From NCBI GenBank assembly GCA_047628655.1, contig JBLHVR010000002.1:1-53723 (forward strand): a DNA stretch of 53,723 nucleotides, given 5' to 3'. Below, piece after piece: positions 10,962 through 21,942 of the stretch (its first letter is position 1; each line of letters starts with the position of its first letter). The position numbers and the translations under genes were made by a program. The DNA is from Lentimonas sp. (GTDB lineage Bacteria > Pseudomonadota > Alphaproteobacteria > Rickettsiales > UBA1997). The notes below the pieces were generated by a model. It did no database searches and was not told where the DNA came from. It saw only the letters and a program-made list of their open reading frames with translations.

Positions 10962-12197
10962 TTATGAAATTAACATTGCAATTGGGTTCTCAATAAATTT
11001 CTTTAAAGCGTTTAAAAATTCCGCCCCAACTGCTCCATCAACTGATCTGTGATCAGAAGAAAGAGTAACATTCATTATTGTAGCAATTCCAATTTCTCCA
11101 TTTTCAATTACTGGCTTTTCTTTTCCTGCTCCAACAGCTAAAATACAGCTTTGCGGCGGGTTAACAATGGCTTGAAAACTATCAATTCCAAACATACCTA
11201 AATTAGAGATACTAAATCCACCACCTTGGAATTCTTCAGGTTGTAATTTTCCATCTTTCGCTTTTTTAGCTAAAGATTTCATTTCACCAGAAATTATTTG
11301 AAGAGATTTCTGATCAGCATTGCGAATAATTGGAGTTAAAAGACCTCCATCAACAGCAACTGCAATTGAAACATCAACATTATTGTAAAGTAAAATTGCA
11401 TCATCAGACCAAGAGCTATTGGCCGCTGGAACTTTTTTAAGTGCCAAAGAAACAGCCTTAATTACCAGATCGTTGACAGAGATTTTATATTCTGGTTTGC
11501 CATTTTGGTCTTGATTTGCCAATTCATTTAATGATTTTCTAACTTCTAACAATTTGTCAATTTGCAAATCTAAACTTAGGTAGAAATGAGGAACAGTTTG
11601 CTTAGATTCTAATAATCTTTTGGCGATAATTTTGCGAATATTACTATTCTTAACAGCGGTAACTTCTTGAGGATTTCTAATTATTTGACCAGAAATTACT
11701 TGATTTGTGGCATTTAAAACATCGTCCTTAACAATTCTTCCTCTTGGTCCCGATCCTGAAATTGAACCTAAATTTAAACCTTTATCTTTAGCAATTCTTT
11801 TAGCAAGTGGGCTGGCTGCAATTCTTTCATTGCTTAAAACTTGAGGAGTGGCAACGTTTTGAATAGCTGGAGCCTCAATCTTTTTTTCTTCTTCTGGCTT
11901 ATAATCTACTTTTTTAGCTGGAGATTGGTAAGAATCTAAGATCTTTTTATCTTCACCATCTTCTAAAATTAAGGCAATTAAGTCATTAATAGGAACATTT
12001 TCGGCCCCTTCTTCAACTAGAATTTTTCCCAAAGTTCCTTCATCAACCGCTTCAACTTCCATAGTTGCTTTATCGGTTTCAATTTCAGCAATAATGTCTC
12101 CGGCCTTTACCGTATCGCCTTCTTTTTTAATCCATTTAGCGAGATTTCCTTCTTTCATTGTTGGGGAAAGTGCAGGCATTAAAACTTCAATTGGCAT
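10962..12197 (-). CDS. pdhC: pyruvate dehydrogenase complex dihydrolipoamide acetyltransferase (E2)
   Basis: Alphaproteobacterial PDH-E2 N-terminus MPIEVLMPALSPTMKEGNLAKW, lipoyl motif ETDKATMEVEA, E3-binding SPLAKRIA, catalytic DHRSVDGA. Confidence 0.9.
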   Translation of the reverse strand: MPIEVLMPALSPTMKEGNLAKWIKKEGDTVKAGDIIAEIETDKATMEVEAVDEGTLGKILVEEGAENVPINDLIALILEDGEDKKILDSYQSPAKKVDYKPEEEKKIEAPAIQNVATPQVLSNERIAASPLAKRIAKDKGLNLGSISGSGPRGRIVKDDVLNATNQVISGQIIRNPQEVTAVKNSNIRKIIAKRLLESKQTVPHFYLSLDLQIDKLLEVRKSLNELANQDQNGKPEYKISVNDLVIKAVSLALKKVPAANSSWSDDAILLYNNVDVSIAVAVDGGLLTPIIRNADQKSLQIISGEMKSLAKKAKDGKLQPEEFQGGGFSISNLGMFGIDSFQAIVNPPQSCILAVGAGKEKPVIENGEIGIATIMNVTLSSDHRSVDGAVGAEFLNALKKFIENPIAMLIS

Positions 12198-12274
12198 AGA
12201 TATTTAATTTTAAATTTAATTTTTTGTTAAGGAATCTGTAGGGCCGGCAGTTTATTTATTGATGATTGAAATGT

Positions 12275-12541
12275 CTATAAAATTTGCCCCAAATCATGAA
12301 ACTTTCTAATTTCCGCAATTAAAAATAGATATTCTTCCGGAGTGGAAGATTTATTTAGAATCCAATCATAAATCATTGCGTCATCTTCATTAATTAATTT
12401 AGAATAAATGTTTAATTTTACATCATCAAAATTATTAATTTCACTTTGAGCAAACTTACCCAGCAGGATATCGGTTTCTTTGCATCCGCGATGAAGTGAG
12501 CGATAAAGAGCGGTTTTGATCAATAATTCTTTGTTTGGCAT
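12275..12541 (-). CDS. sdhE: succinate dehydrogenase flavinylation factor SdhE/SDHAF2 family
   Basis: 88 aa. HRGCKETDILLGKF matches the R-G-x-x-E-x-D-x-x-L motif of the family, followed by NEDDAMIYDWI. Confidence 0.75.
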   Translation of the reverse strand: MPNKELLIKTALYRSLHRGCKETDILLGKFAQSEINNFDDVKLNIYSKLINEDDAMIYDWILNKSSTPEEYLFLIAEIRKFHDLGQIL

Positions 12542-12548
12542 CAGCTAT

Positions 12549-13181
12549 TTAAAAAAATAAGTTTAAGAACCAGTCTTTAACTAGAACAATTGCTTCTACG
12601 CCTAGCAAAATTGTTAAAGTTGTCATTAATACTCCAAGACAGCCAAGCAAAAGACCAATTAAAATAATTACTCCGTCTTTACTTAAAAGACCAAAGGAGG
12701 CAATCATCACCCCAACACCTGGAATAAAGTTAGAAAAAGGAATAGGAATTAAAATTGATGCTGAAAAAACAAAGCAAAATAAGCCAATTACTTGACTAAA
12801 AAATGGTGAACTCAGAGGAGATAATCTTGGCTTCACAAAGCTTTCAGCTTTCCTTAAATAAGGAGCGCTTTTCTCAACCATCTTAGCCAATAAACTTCTT
12901 TTAATTGACATATTAGTAATTCTTTTCGGCAATTTTGGCGAGTGATAGCCAAGAATCATTTGAAATGAAAAGAACATCATGGGAATGGCAATTAAACTAG
13001 GAAGCGGAGGTGGTAAGGGGACAAAAATTGGCAAGGAAAAAATTGTCATCACTAAACCAAATCCTCCAACATCCATTGCAACTAGCAAATCTTTTATTAA
13101 AATTCGGTCATTAGTTGTTTTAACGACATTTTGCAGAATTTCAGTTGTGACGGTTTTTTTCTTTTTAAACTTATCAATCAC
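12549..13181 (-). CDS. ExoD-family (exopolysaccharide synthesis) membrane protein
   Basis: GGFGLVMTIFSLPIFVPLPPPLPSLIAIPMMFFSFQMILG is typical of ExoD. Multiple TM segments; GTG start. Confidence 0.8.
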   Translation of the reverse strand: MIDKFKKKKTVTTEILQNVVKTTNDRILIKDLLVAMDVGGFGLVMTIFSLPIFVPLPPPLPSLIAIPMMFFSFQMILGYHSPKLPKRITNMSIKRSLLAKMVEKSAPYLRKAESFVKPRLSPLSSPFFSQVIGLFCFVFSASILIPIPFSNFIPGVGVMIASFGLLSKDGVIILIGLLLGCLGVLMTTLTILLGVEAIVLVKDWFLNLFF

Positions 13182-13185
13182 CTAT

Positions 13186-13362
13186 TTATTTTTCTTGATT
13201 TTTGTCTTCGATATTTTTTGCATCCGATCCTTCATCTTTAACATTTTTGCGGAAATTTTTAATTCCTTTGCCTAAATCTCCCATTAAATTGGGAATCTTT
13301 CCAGCACCAAAAATTACAACAATTATTACCAAAATTAAAACTAATTGTAAGGGTCCTAACAT
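13186..13362 (-). CDS. tatA: twin-arginine translocase subunit TatA/E
   Basis: My own translation gives [58 protein letters not shown]. This is one TM segment followed by the FGxxKxPxLxxxLGxxIxxF motif. ATG at 13362-13360, TAA at 13188-13186. At 58 codons it falls below the ORF-track cut-off. Confidence 0.85.
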   Translation of the reverse strand: MLGPLQLVLILVIIVVIFGAGKIPNLMGDLGKGIKNFRKNVKDEGSDAKNIEDKNQEK

Positions 13363-13371
13363 ATTTTTTAT

Positions 13372-14364
13372 TTAATTAAGGTTGAATGTTTTTTCAAGCT
13401 CACTCCACTCTCTTTGGCTCAAACCACTTCCTTCTTGGGTAACATTTTCACCTTTCAGTTTTCTCTTTAGAACTTCAACAGCAGGACCAGAAAATTCTTT
13501 ACCAGATTGGCGATATTTCACAAAAGCTTCATAACAATGTGGAACCCATTTTTTGGTGATTTCTAACATTATACTAGCATATTCGCGAATTTCATATTGA
13601 GCGTGAGAATCAGCCCTTAAGAACAAAAAGTTTAGAAGATTATGTAAATCAATTTTCCAATACCACTGCGTGTAACAATTAATTGGCAAATTCATTCTAG
13701 CTAGTTCTCTGGCTAAGCCATCTTTTGATTCATCAACAATTTCGCCATTTCTATCTTGATTGATCATATCTAAATAATGATCGTAACATTGTTTGGCATC
13801 AGATTTAAGAAGATCTAAAACTTTTTTTTGCTGGTCTATAGTTAATTCCTTACTTTCATCACGACCTTGATGATTAATTTTAGATTGCGGGGCCAAAGAC
13901 ACAGCTTTTGGAATGTAGAATTCATCTTCCATAATTGAATATCTAGCAGAATATTCATTTACTGAAGCAGTTCTGTGACGAATCCATTGTCTTGCAATAA
14001 AAATTGGTAGCTTGATGTGAAATTTAATTTCACACATTTCAAAAGGAGTAGTGTGGCGATGAGCAAGAAGATAATTAACTAAACCTTTATCAGCATTTAC
14101 TTTTTTGGTTCCGGCGCCATAAGAAACGCGCGCAGCTTGAACAACTGAAGAATCATTTCCCATGTAATCAACAACGCGGACAAATCCATGATCCAAAACT
14201 TCAAACGGTGTATATAAAATTTCTTCTAATTCTTGCGAGACAGGACGAATAGTTGTAGATTTTACATTGCGTAAATCTTTGATTTCTTCTAATTGTTCTG
14301 GTTTGATTGTCATTTTTAAAAGAGTGGAATGATTGATTTTTTTGAAGTCAAAAATTCTATTCAA
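13372..14364 (-). CDS. thyX: flavin-dependent thymidylate synthase ThyX
   Basis: ThyX signature [14 protein letters not shown]. The start may be the internal Met at 14310 (MTIKPEQ), which would leave room for divergent promoters with uvrC. Confidence 0.93.
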   Translation of the reverse strand: MNRIFDFKKINHSTLLKMTIKPEQLEEIKDLRNVKSTTIRPVSQELEEILYTPFEVLDHGFVRVVDYMGNDSSVVQAARVSYGAGTKKVNADKGLVNYLLAHRHTTPFEMCEIKFHIKLPIFIARQWIRHRTASVNEYSARYSIMEDEFYIPKAVSLAPQSKINHQGRDESKELTIDQQKKVLDLLKSDAKQCYDHYLDMINQDRNGEIVDESKDGLARELARMNLPINCYTQWYWKIDLHNLLNFLFLRADSHAQYEIREYASIMLEITKKWVPHCYEAFVKYRQSGKEFSGPAVEVLKRKLKGENVTQEGSGLSQREWSELEKTFNLN

Positions 14365-14388
14365 GCAGCGCTAAAAATCTAGTAATAA

Positions 14389-16167
14389 ATGTTAGAAGAA
14401 ATAAAAAACCAAATTCTAAAATCAACTAAATCTGCCGGGGTTTATCAGTTCCTAGACGACGCCAATAAAGCGCTTTATGTGGGTAAAGCGAAGAATTTAA
14501 GAAATCGCCTAAAAAATTATTTAGATCAATCAAGGCTTGGAAGTAGAATTAGAATTATGACATCCAAAGCGACAAAATTAGAGATAATTACCACCAAAAC
14601 TGAGGCAGATGCTTTGCTTTTAGAATGTAATTTGATAAAAAAATTAATGCCGCGCTACAATATTTTACTGCGCGATGACAAATCCTTTGCCAATATTATG
14701 GTCGATACATCTCATCAATTTCCGTCAATTTCAAGGCATCGTGGTAAAAAAATTATTAAGGGAAAATATTTTGGTCCTTTTGCCAGTGGTCTTGCTGTTG
14801 GTGAAACGATTGATCATTTAAAGAAAAGTTTTCTACTTAGAAGCTGCTCAGATAATGAGTTTAAGAATAGAAAGAAACCCTGCCTGGAATATCAAATTAA
14901 AAGATGCAGCGCGCCTTGTGTCTCTTTAGTTAGTGCCAAAGAATATGACAAATTAATCACTCAGGTTTTAAACTTTCTGAGTGGAAAAAGCTCCAATTTA
15001 CAAGAAGAATTGGCGCAAAAAATGCAGGAATTTAGCAATGATTTAGAATTTGAACAATCCCGAATTCTACGCGACCGAATTAGAGCATTGTCGGCCATTC
15101 AAGCCAAGCAACATATCCATTTACCAAAAGATGAGAATATTGATTTTATTGCTCTTACCAGAAATGAGAATTTAGCTTGTATTGTGGTGTCATTTTTCAG
15201 AAATGGTAATAATTATGGATCTAAGCCATATTTTTTAAATATTGCCAATGATGATAAAGAAGAGGAAATTTTAAATGCATTTTTAGAACAATTTTATTCC
15301 GATAACGCATTGCCCGATTTTATCATAAATAACATTCTAGATTGCCGCATTGACCTTGGAATAGCTAAATTAAAAATAACCAACCCCAAGCAAGGTTTAA
15401 AATTCAACCTTTTGCAAGATTATTTAAAATTAGCAACAGAGCATCTTAATAAAAAACTAAATACTCAAATTAAAGATTTAGAAATGCTAATTGAGATTAA
15501 AAATCTCTTTGATTTACCGAAAATTCCCCAAAGAATTGAAATTTACGATAATAGTCACATTTCAGGTAGTTTTGCTGTGGGAGCTTTTGTGGTTTCTGGG
15601 AAAGATGGATTTATCAAAAGTTCTTACCGAAAATTTAATATTAAATTAGAGGAATTAGATAAAAAAGATGACACCGGTTTTTTAAAACAGGTTTTGGCTA
15701 GAAGGTTTAAAAAAAGCGAAGAACAAATTATTCCAGATTTAATAATTATTGATGGTGGAAAAGGTCAATTAAGCGCTGCCCATGAAGTTTTTAGCGATCT
15801 TAGTGTGGATGTAAATTTTGTTGCAATGTCGAAGGGGAAAGATCGCAATGCTGGAGAAGAGTTTTTTCACAGAGTTGGGAAGTCCAGCTTCACCTTAGAT
15901 AAAAATTCGCCTCTAATGTTTTATTTACAGCGCTTAAGAGATGAAGCTCATCGTTTTGCCATTGGTTTTAATCGCGCCAAAAGAGCAAAAGCAATTACTA
16001 AATCAGAGCTTGATGAAATACCTAATATTGGCCCCAAAAGAAAATCTCTATTATTAAATCATTTTGGTTCAGTTTCCGCAATTAAACAGGCCAGCGAAGA
16101 AGATTTGACTATGGTTAAGGGAATTAACAAAAATTTTGCTAATAAAATTGTCGCTTTCTTTGGTTAA
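14389..16167 (+). CDS. uvrC: excinuclease ABC subunit C
   Basis: GIY-YIG N-terminus (GVYQFLD...LYVGKAKNLRNR), UVR domain, C-terminal (HhH)2 region. Length 592 aa. Confidence 0.95.
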   Translation: MLEEIKNQILKSTKSAGVYQFLDDANKALYVGKAKNLRNRLKNYLDQSRLGSRIRIMTSKATKLEIITTKTEADALLLECNLIKKLMPRYNILLRDDKSFANIMVDTSHQFPSISRHRGKKIIKGKYFGPFASGLAVGETIDHLKKSFLLRSCSDNEFKNRKKPCLEYQIKRCSAPCVSLVSAKEYDKLITQVLNFLSGKSSNLQEELAQKMQEFSNDLEFEQSRILRDRIRALSAIQAKQHIHLPKDENIDFIALTRNENLACIVVSFFRNGNNYGSKPYFLNIANDDKEEEILNAFLEQFYSDNALPDFIINNILDCRIDLGIAKLKITNPKQGLKFNLLQDYLKLATEHLNKKLNTQIKDLEMLIEIKNLFDLPKIPQRIEIYDNSHISGSFAVGAFVVSGKDGFIKSSYRKFNIKLEELDKKDDTGFLKQVLARRFKKSEEQIIPDLIIIDGGKGQLSAAHEVFSDLSVDVNFVAMSKGKDRNAGEEFFHRVGKSSFTLDKNSPLMFYLQRLRDEAHRFAIGFNRAKRAKAITKSELDEIPNIGPKRKSLLLNHFGSVSAIKQASEEDLTMVKGINKNFANKIVAFFG

Positions 16168-16221
16168 TCTATAAAAAACCAGTTCGAGCGACAATTCAAT
16201 TTTTAGAATAAAAGCGCTAAA

Positions 16222-18024
16222 TTAACCAACTTGACTTTGTGGCAAAGTTTTTTTCTGTCTTAGTGAAATTCCAAGCTCTTTTAACTGCTGCTCTGAAACT
16301 TCCGCTGGAGCGTCCATCATTAAATCTTGTGCTTTACCATTCATTGGAAAAGGAGTTACTTCGCGAATATTTTCTTCATCAGCCAAAAGCATGATAATTC
16401 GATCAATTCCAGGAGCAATTCCACCATGAGGAGGAGCGCCAAATTTGAAAGCTTCCAACATTGCGCCAAATTCTTTTTCCACTGTTTCTTTGCCATATCC
16501 TGCAATTTCAAAAGCTTTATACATAATTTCTGGTTTATGATTTCTAATTGCGCCAGATGAAAGTTCAACACCATTACAAACCACATCATATTGGAAAGCT
16601 TTAATTTCTAATGGATTTTTGGAATGTAAATCATCCATTCCACCTTGAGGCATTGAAAATGGATTATGTGAGAAATCAATTTTCCCAGTTTTTTCATCTT
16701 TTTCATACATTGGGAAGTCGGTAATCCAGCAGAATTTATAAACTCCTTCTTCAATTAAACCTAAATCTTGGCCTAATTTAATACGAACTTGTCCAGCAAT
16801 TCTAACGGCCTCGCTTTCCTGTCCACAAGAGAAGAAAACTGCATCGCCATTATTTAATCCTGCAGTTTCTTTAAGCTCTGCCAATTTTTCAGGACTTAAA
16901 AATTTAGCGATTGGGCCTTTTCCTAAACCATTTTCGTCAAAAATTATGTAAGCTAACCCTTTAGCGCCATTACTTTGAGCAAATTCAATTGTTTTATCAA
17001 AGAATGATCGTGGTTTGGAAGCACATTTTGGAGCTGGAATTGCTCTAATTAATGACCCTGATTCAATGGCGCGAGTGAAAATTGAAAAACCTGACCCCAC
17101 AAAAATGTCGTTAGCCGCAGAAATGATGATTGGATTTCTTAAATCTGGTTTATCAATTCCATATCTTAACATGGATTCGCGATATGGAATATGCGGGAAA
17201 TCACCAGCTGTAACTTTTTTAACTCCATATTTTTCAAAAATATCACGCAGAAGAGGCTCTACAATAGCAAAAACATCTGCTTGAGTGGCAAAGGACATTT
17301 CCAAATCGAGCTGATAAAATTCAGGAGCGCGATCAGATCTTAAATCTTCGTCACGAAAACAAGGGGCAATTTGAAAATATTTATCAAAACCCGCAACCAT
17401 TAAAAGCTGTTTAAATTGTTGTGGAGCTTGTGGAAGCGCATAAAATTTACCATGATGTAAGCGAGATGGCACTAGATAATCTCTTGCTCCTTCTGGGCTG
17501 GAAGCGGTTAAAATTGGAGTTTGAATTTCAAGAAAATTAAGCGCCGTCATTTGCGATCTGATGAAACTAATAACTTGTGACCTTAAAATTATATTATTGT
17601 GAGTTTTTTCACGACGTAGATCTAAAAAGCGATATTTTAAGCGTAAATCTTCAGGATAATGTTCATTTTTATCATTAATTTGGAAAGGTATTTGCTTGGC
17701 GGCAGATTCAATAAATAATTGATCAATTTTAATTTCAATTTCTCCAGTTCCAATATTTGGATTAATTGCTTCATCAGCTCTTTTTACAACATTTCCAATA
17801 ATTGTAATTACAGATTCTAATTTAATTGAAGAAATTTCATCAATGTTCAAACCTGTGTTTGCACTGTCAATAACACATTGCGTAAGACCGAAATGATCTC
17901 TTAAATCAATAAAAATTAAACTTCCATGATCTCTTTTTGAGTGAACCCAGCCAGATAATTTAACTTGTTGATTAATTTGGGAAATAGTTAATTGGCCACA
18001 ATTATGGGTGCGATATTTATGCAT
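16222..18024 (-). CDS. aspS: aspartate--tRNA ligase (bacterial type)
   Basis: OB-fold N-terminus, motif 2 [10 protein letters not shown], motif 3 [13 protein letters not shown]. Length 600 aa. Confidence 0.97.
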   Translation of the reverse strand: MHKYRTHNCGQLTISQINQQVKLSGWVHSKRDHGSLIFIDLRDHFGLTQCVIDSANTGLNIDEISSIKLESVITIIGNVVKRADEAINPNIGTGEIEIKIDQLFIESAAKQIPFQINDKNEHYPEDLRLKYRFLDLRREKTHNNIILRSQVISFIRSQMTALNFLEIQTPILTASSPEGARDYLVPSRLHHGKFYALPQAPQQFKQLLMVAGFDKYFQIAPCFRDEDLRSDRAPEFYQLDLEMSFATQADVFAIVEPLLRDIFEKYGVKKVTAGDFPHIPYRESMLRYGIDKPDLRNPIIISAANDIFVGSGFSIFTRAIESGSLIRAIPAPKCASKPRSFFDKTIEFAQSNGAKGLAYIIFDENGLGKGPIAKFLSPEKLAELKETAGLNNGDAVFFSCGQESEAVRIAGQVRIKLGQDLGLIEEGVYKFCWITDFPMYEKDEKTGKIDFSHNPFSMPQGGMDDLHSKNPLEIKAFQYDVVCNGVELSSGAIRNHKPEIMYKAFEIAGYGKETVEKEFGAMLEAFKFGAPPHGGIAPGIDRIIMLLADEENIREVTPFPMNGKAQDLMMDAPAEVSEQQLKELGISLRQKKTLPQSQVG

Positions 18025-18095
18025 GTTGATTGATGATAATATTATTAAATAATTTTGTGAAAATAGTTGGTTTTTTTGATATTGATTTGGATATT

Positions 18096-18392
18096 CTAAT
18101 AAACATCGTAAGAATTAGTTCCGCCATGATATAACTTATTGCGGCAAATACTACATTTAGAATTTTTAACTAGAAACAGCTCCATTGCTCGTGGCTCTTT
18201 TAAACATAAAAGCCAAAATACTCCGTGAACCGCAGGCAGGATAACAAGAAGATAGATGAATTTGCTGGTAATAATAAATGCAAGTAGTGAAATCAATAAA
18301 TTCAAAGTTGCTAAAGTATAACTTACGCCCATCAACATTGGTGGTCTAGTTAAACCTAGAAATAGAGGGTCGGCTCCGATTGATCCTGACAT
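18096..18392 (-). CDS. virB3: type IV secretion system protein VirB3/TrbD family
   Basis: 98 aa. [32 protein letters not shown] matches the VirB3 signature (L-x-x-x-T-R-P-x-M-x-x-G-V), followed by two TM helices. Confidence 0.8.
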   Translation of the reverse strand: MSGSIGADPLFLGLTRPPMLMGVSYTLATLNLLISLLAFIITSKFIYLLVILPAVHGVFWLLCLKEPRAMELFLVKNSKCSICRNKLYHGGTNSYDVY

Positions 18393-18535
18393 GCTAAAGT
18401 GATTATTTATTGGTTAATAATTAATTATGCTGTGTCTATTTAAGAATTCAATTAGACAAAAGCTTTTTAATTGTTTTTTTAAAAGAAATTATTATTATGC
18501 CGCGCTCTTTTGATTAACGAAATATACCAAATATT

Positions 18536-19741
18536 ATGTCTTTTTTAGCAAAAAATTTAGCCAATATTAAACCATCTCCAACCATTGCGGTTAGCATGAA
18601 AGCAGCAGAATTGAAAGCTGCCGGTAAAAACATTATAAGCCTTGGAATGGGTGAGCCAGATTTTGACACTCCAGACAATGTTAAAGAAGCTGGAATTGCC
18701 GCTATTAGAAATGGCCAAACTAAATATACTGCTGTTGACGGAACTCCAGATCTTAAAAAAGCAATCATCTCAAAACTAAAAAGAGATAATGGTTTAGAAT
18801 ATGCTGCAAATGAAATAATGGTTTCCACTGGCGCTAAACAAGTAATTTACAATGCCCTAATGGCAACTTTAAATGAAGGTGACGAAGTTATTATTCCTGC
18901 GCCTTATTGGGTTTCTTATCCAGATATGGTTCTTTTAGGTTGCGGTGTTCCTGTGGCAATTGAAGCTAGCGCTGCTAATGACTTTAAAATTACTCCGGAA
19001 GATTTACAAAGATCAATTACCCCAAAAACTAAATGGATTATTCTAAATTCTCCAAGCAACCCGACTGGAAGTTGTTATGATGCGGAAGATTTGCGTGGCT
19101 TGGCCGATGTTTTATTGAAAAACCCACAAGTTCACATTCTATCTGATGACATTTACGAACATTTAATTTTTGAAGGATCCAAATTCTCAAACATAGTTGA
19201 AGTTGAGCCAAAATTGAAAAAAAGAACCTTGGTAGTAAATGGCGTTTCTAAAGCCTATTCAATGACTGGTTGGAGAATTGGTTATTGTGCAGGTGACGTT
19301 TCATTAATTAAAGCGATGTCTAAAATTCAATCTCAAAGCACCTCTTCTCCATCTTCAGTGGGTCAGGCTGCTGCGGTTGAGGCTTTAAATGGCGATCAAT
19401 CTTACATCGAATATTCTGTTAAAGTTTTTCAATCAAGACGTGACATGGTGGTAAAAATGTTAAATGAAATTGACGGAATTTCTTGCAACATTCCAAGTGG
19501 CGCTTTCTATGTTTTCCCTTCTTGTGAAGGTGTATTTGGCAAAAAAACTCCAGATGGAAAAATTATTGAAAATTCAACTGATTTTTCAACTTACATTCTA
19601 GAACACGCTCTTGTTGCAACGGTTCCAGGAATTGCTTTTGGCAGTGAAGGTTTTTTCAGAGCTTCTTACGCAGCATCAGAAGATTTCTTGAAGGATGCGA
19701 TGAATAGAATTTCCGATGCTTGTAAAAAGTTATCTTCATAA
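18536..19741 (+). CDS. aspartate/aromatic aminotransferase (class I PLP enzyme)
   Basis: IISLGMGEPDFDTP, NPTG, PLP-lysine context SKAYSMTGWRIGY. Length 401 aa. Confidence 0.9.
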   Translation: MSFLAKNLANIKPSPTIAVSMKAAELKAAGKNIISLGMGEPDFDTPDNVKEAGIAAIRNGQTKYTAVDGTPDLKKAIISKLKRDNGLEYAANEIMVSTGAKQVIYNALMATLNEGDEVIIPAPYWVSYPDMVLLGCGVPVAIEASAANDFKITPEDLQRSITPKTKWIILNSPSNPTGSCYDAEDLRGLADVLLKNPQVHILSDDIYEHLIFEGSKFSNIVEVEPKLKKRTLVVNGVSKAYSMTGWRIGYCAGDVSLIKAMSKIQSQSTSSPSSVGQAAAVEALNGDQSYIEYSVKVFQSRRDMVVKMLNEIDGISCNIPSGAFYVFPSCEGVFGKKTPDGKIIENSTDFSTYILEHALVATVPGIAFGSEGFFRASYAASEDFLKDAMNRISDACKKLSS

Positions 19742-19777
19742 GTGTGAATTCCAAACAACAAATTAATCCATTAACTC

Positions 19778-20533
19778 ATGCTTCTCGCAATCGATATTGG
19801 TAACACAAATATTGTCTTTGGCATTTTCCAAGAAGATAAATTATTGCATAAATTTCGCCTTGAAACTGTGTTTCAAAAATCAGAGGAAGATTATGCGGTA
19901 GAAATTGTTGAAGCGTTTTTAAATCAAAAGATTGATTGCTTGAAGATTCTTAAAGTTGTGATTTCTTCTGTTGTTCCAAATTTAACATCTATAATTGAAA
20001 AAGCGGTTCATAAATTTTACAGCAGCGATGTTTTTACCGTTGGCTCAAACTTAAAATTAAAAATCAACAACACCCTACAGAACAAACAGGAAGTTGGTTT
20101 TGATCGCCTTTTAAATTCCATAGCTGGTTATAAAAAATTTGGTGGAAATTTAATAATTGTTGATTTTGGCACTGCTACAACCTTCGATATTGTCGGAAAA
20201 GATGGTGAATATCTTGGCGGCATAATTGCTCCCGGAGTTGATCTATCCATTAAAGCTTTACATGAAGCAACGGCTCAACTTCCTAAAATTCAATTAAAAT
20301 CACAAAATAATGTCATTGGAAAATCTACCAGTGAGGCGATGAATTCAGGAATTTATTTTGGATATATCAGCCTAATTGAAGGCCTGGTTGAAAAAATTAA
20401 GGTTGAACTTGGTTGCGATGTTAAACTAATTCTTACTGGCGGACTTTCTAACTTATTTAAAGATTTAGCCAAAAATAAAGATCATATTCAGCCAGATTTA
20501 ACCCTGGAAGGCCTAAGATTAGCAGTTTTATAG
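19778..20533 (+). CDS. coaX: type III pantothenate kinase
   Basis: MLLAIDIGNTNIVFG, VDFGTATTFD, LTGGLS motifs. Length 251 aa. Confidence 0.92.
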   Translation: MLLAIDIGNTNIVFGIFQEDKLLHKFRLETVFQKSEEDYAVEIVEAFLNQKIDCLKILKVVISSVVPNLTSIIEKAVHKFYSSDVFTVGSNLKLKINNTLQNKQEVGFDRLLNSIAGYKKFGGNLIIVDFGTATTFDIVGKDGEYLGGIIAPGVDLSIKALHEATAQLPKIQLKSQNNVIGKSTSEAMNSGIYFGYISLIEGLVEKIKVELGCDVKLILTGGLSNLFKDLAKNKDHIQPDLTLEGLRLAVL

Positions 20534-20574
20534 CGGCATTTATCCCGCAAAATTCTCAAAAATAATTATATTAA

Positions 20575-21918
20575 ATGTTCGATAACATAACCAATAGCCT
20601 CACGAGAGCTTTCGACAGTCTTTCTGGTAAGAAATTCATTTCAGAAGACCACCTAAATGATGCAATGCGCGAGATTAGAATTGCGCTTCTAGAAGCTGAT
20701 GTTTCCTTGCCAATTGCCAAGGAATTTATCGCAAAAGTTAAAATTGAGGCCGCAGGTCAACAAGTAATTAAGTCGGTTTCTCCGGCGCAAATGATTACCA
20801 AAATCGTCCATGATGAAATGGTTAAATTGCTTGGAAGCGAGAAATCGGAAATTAATCTTAGCATAAAACCTCCTGTAACTTTATTAATGGTTGGTTTGCA
20901 AGGTGCTGGAAAAACCACTAGTGCAGCAAAATTGGCTCACCATCTTTACAATAAATTTGGTAAAAAACGCATTTTACTAGCTTCAATTGACACCAACCGA
21001 CCAGCAGCTCAAGAGCAATTAGAAGTTTTGGCGCAGAAAGCAGGAGTTGATTCTTTAGAAATTATTAAAGGTCAAAGCCCAGAAAAAATTACCAAAAGAG
21101 CAGTAAAACAAGCAACAGAGCTTAATTACGATGTTCTAATTTTAGATAGTGCGGGAAGAATTCACATTGACGATGAATTAATGAAAGAACTCTCGCAGGT
21201 TAAGAAACTTTCTAATCCCACTGAAACACTTTTGGTTGTTGATGCATTAATTGGTCAAGATGCCATTAATGTTGCTAATAATTTCCAAGAAAAACTGGGA
21301 ATTAATGGAATAATTCTCACCAGAATTGATGGAGATTCTCGCGGTGGAGCAGCAATTACCATGAAAATGGCGACAGGTTGCCCGATAAAATTTTTAGGAT
21401 CTGGTGAAAAAATTGATGAATTAGAAGTTTTTGATCCAACAAGAATTGCTGGCAGAATTTTGGGAATGGGAGATGTGGTTTCCTTGGTTGAAAAAGCAGC
21501 CGAAAGCCTTGATCAAGCAGAACTTGAAAAGACTGAGAAAAAATTCCGCAAAGGAAAATTTGATTTGAATGATTTACTTTCTCAAATTAAAAATATGAAA
21601 AAAATGGGTGGCTTAGGATCAATTCTTAAATTCCTACCCGGAGCTGGAAAAATTAAAGAACAACTTTCTGACCCGAAAGTGGAAAAAGAAGTTAAAAAAC
21701 AAGAAGCATTAATTAATTCCATGACTCTTTTAGAGCGTTCAAAACCAGAAACTCTTAATTCTTCACGCAAAAGAAGGATTGCCGCCGGATCTGGCGGAAC
21801 TATGCAGGAAGTGAATAGTTTACTTAAAAAACTAAAAATGATGCAAAAAATGATGGGAAAAGTTGGGAAAATGGATGAAGATTCAATGAAGCAAATGATG
21901 AATAAACTAGATAGATAA
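20575..21918 (+). CDS. ffh: signal recognition particle protein Ffh
   Basis: NG domain with GLQGAGKTT, DTNRPAA, DSAGR, TRIDGDSRGG. Met-rich M domain at the C-terminus. Confidence 0.96.
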   Translation: MFDNITNSLTRAFDSLSGKKFISEDHLNDAMREIRIALLEADVSLPIAKEFIAKVKIEAAGQQVIKSVSPAQMITKIVHDEMVKLLGSEKSEINLSIKPPVTLLMVGLQGAGKTTSAAKLAHHLYNKFGKKRILLASIDTNRPAAQEQLEVLAQKAGVDSLEIIKGQSPEKITKRAVKQATELNYDVLILDSAGRIHIDDELMKELSQVKKLSNPTETLLVVDALIGQDAINVANNFQEKLGINGIILTRIDGDSRGGAAITMKMATGCPIKFLGSGEKIDELEVFDPTRIAGRILGMGDVVSLVEKAAESLDQAELEKTEKKFRKGKFDLNDLLSQIKNMKKMGGLGSILKFLPGAGKIKEQLSDPKVEKEVKKQEALINSMTLLERSKPETLNSSRKRRIAAGSGGTMQEVNSLLKKLKMMQKMMGKVGKMDEDSMKQMMNKLDR

Positions 21919-21942
21919 ATAGCAATTATAAATAATTAAGAA

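Noticed and set aside
12979-13275. 98-aa plus-strand ORF spanning the ExoD start and the tatA region.
   Set aside because: It overlaps two minus-strand genes with clear family signatures (ExoD, TatA), and its own sequence is featureless.
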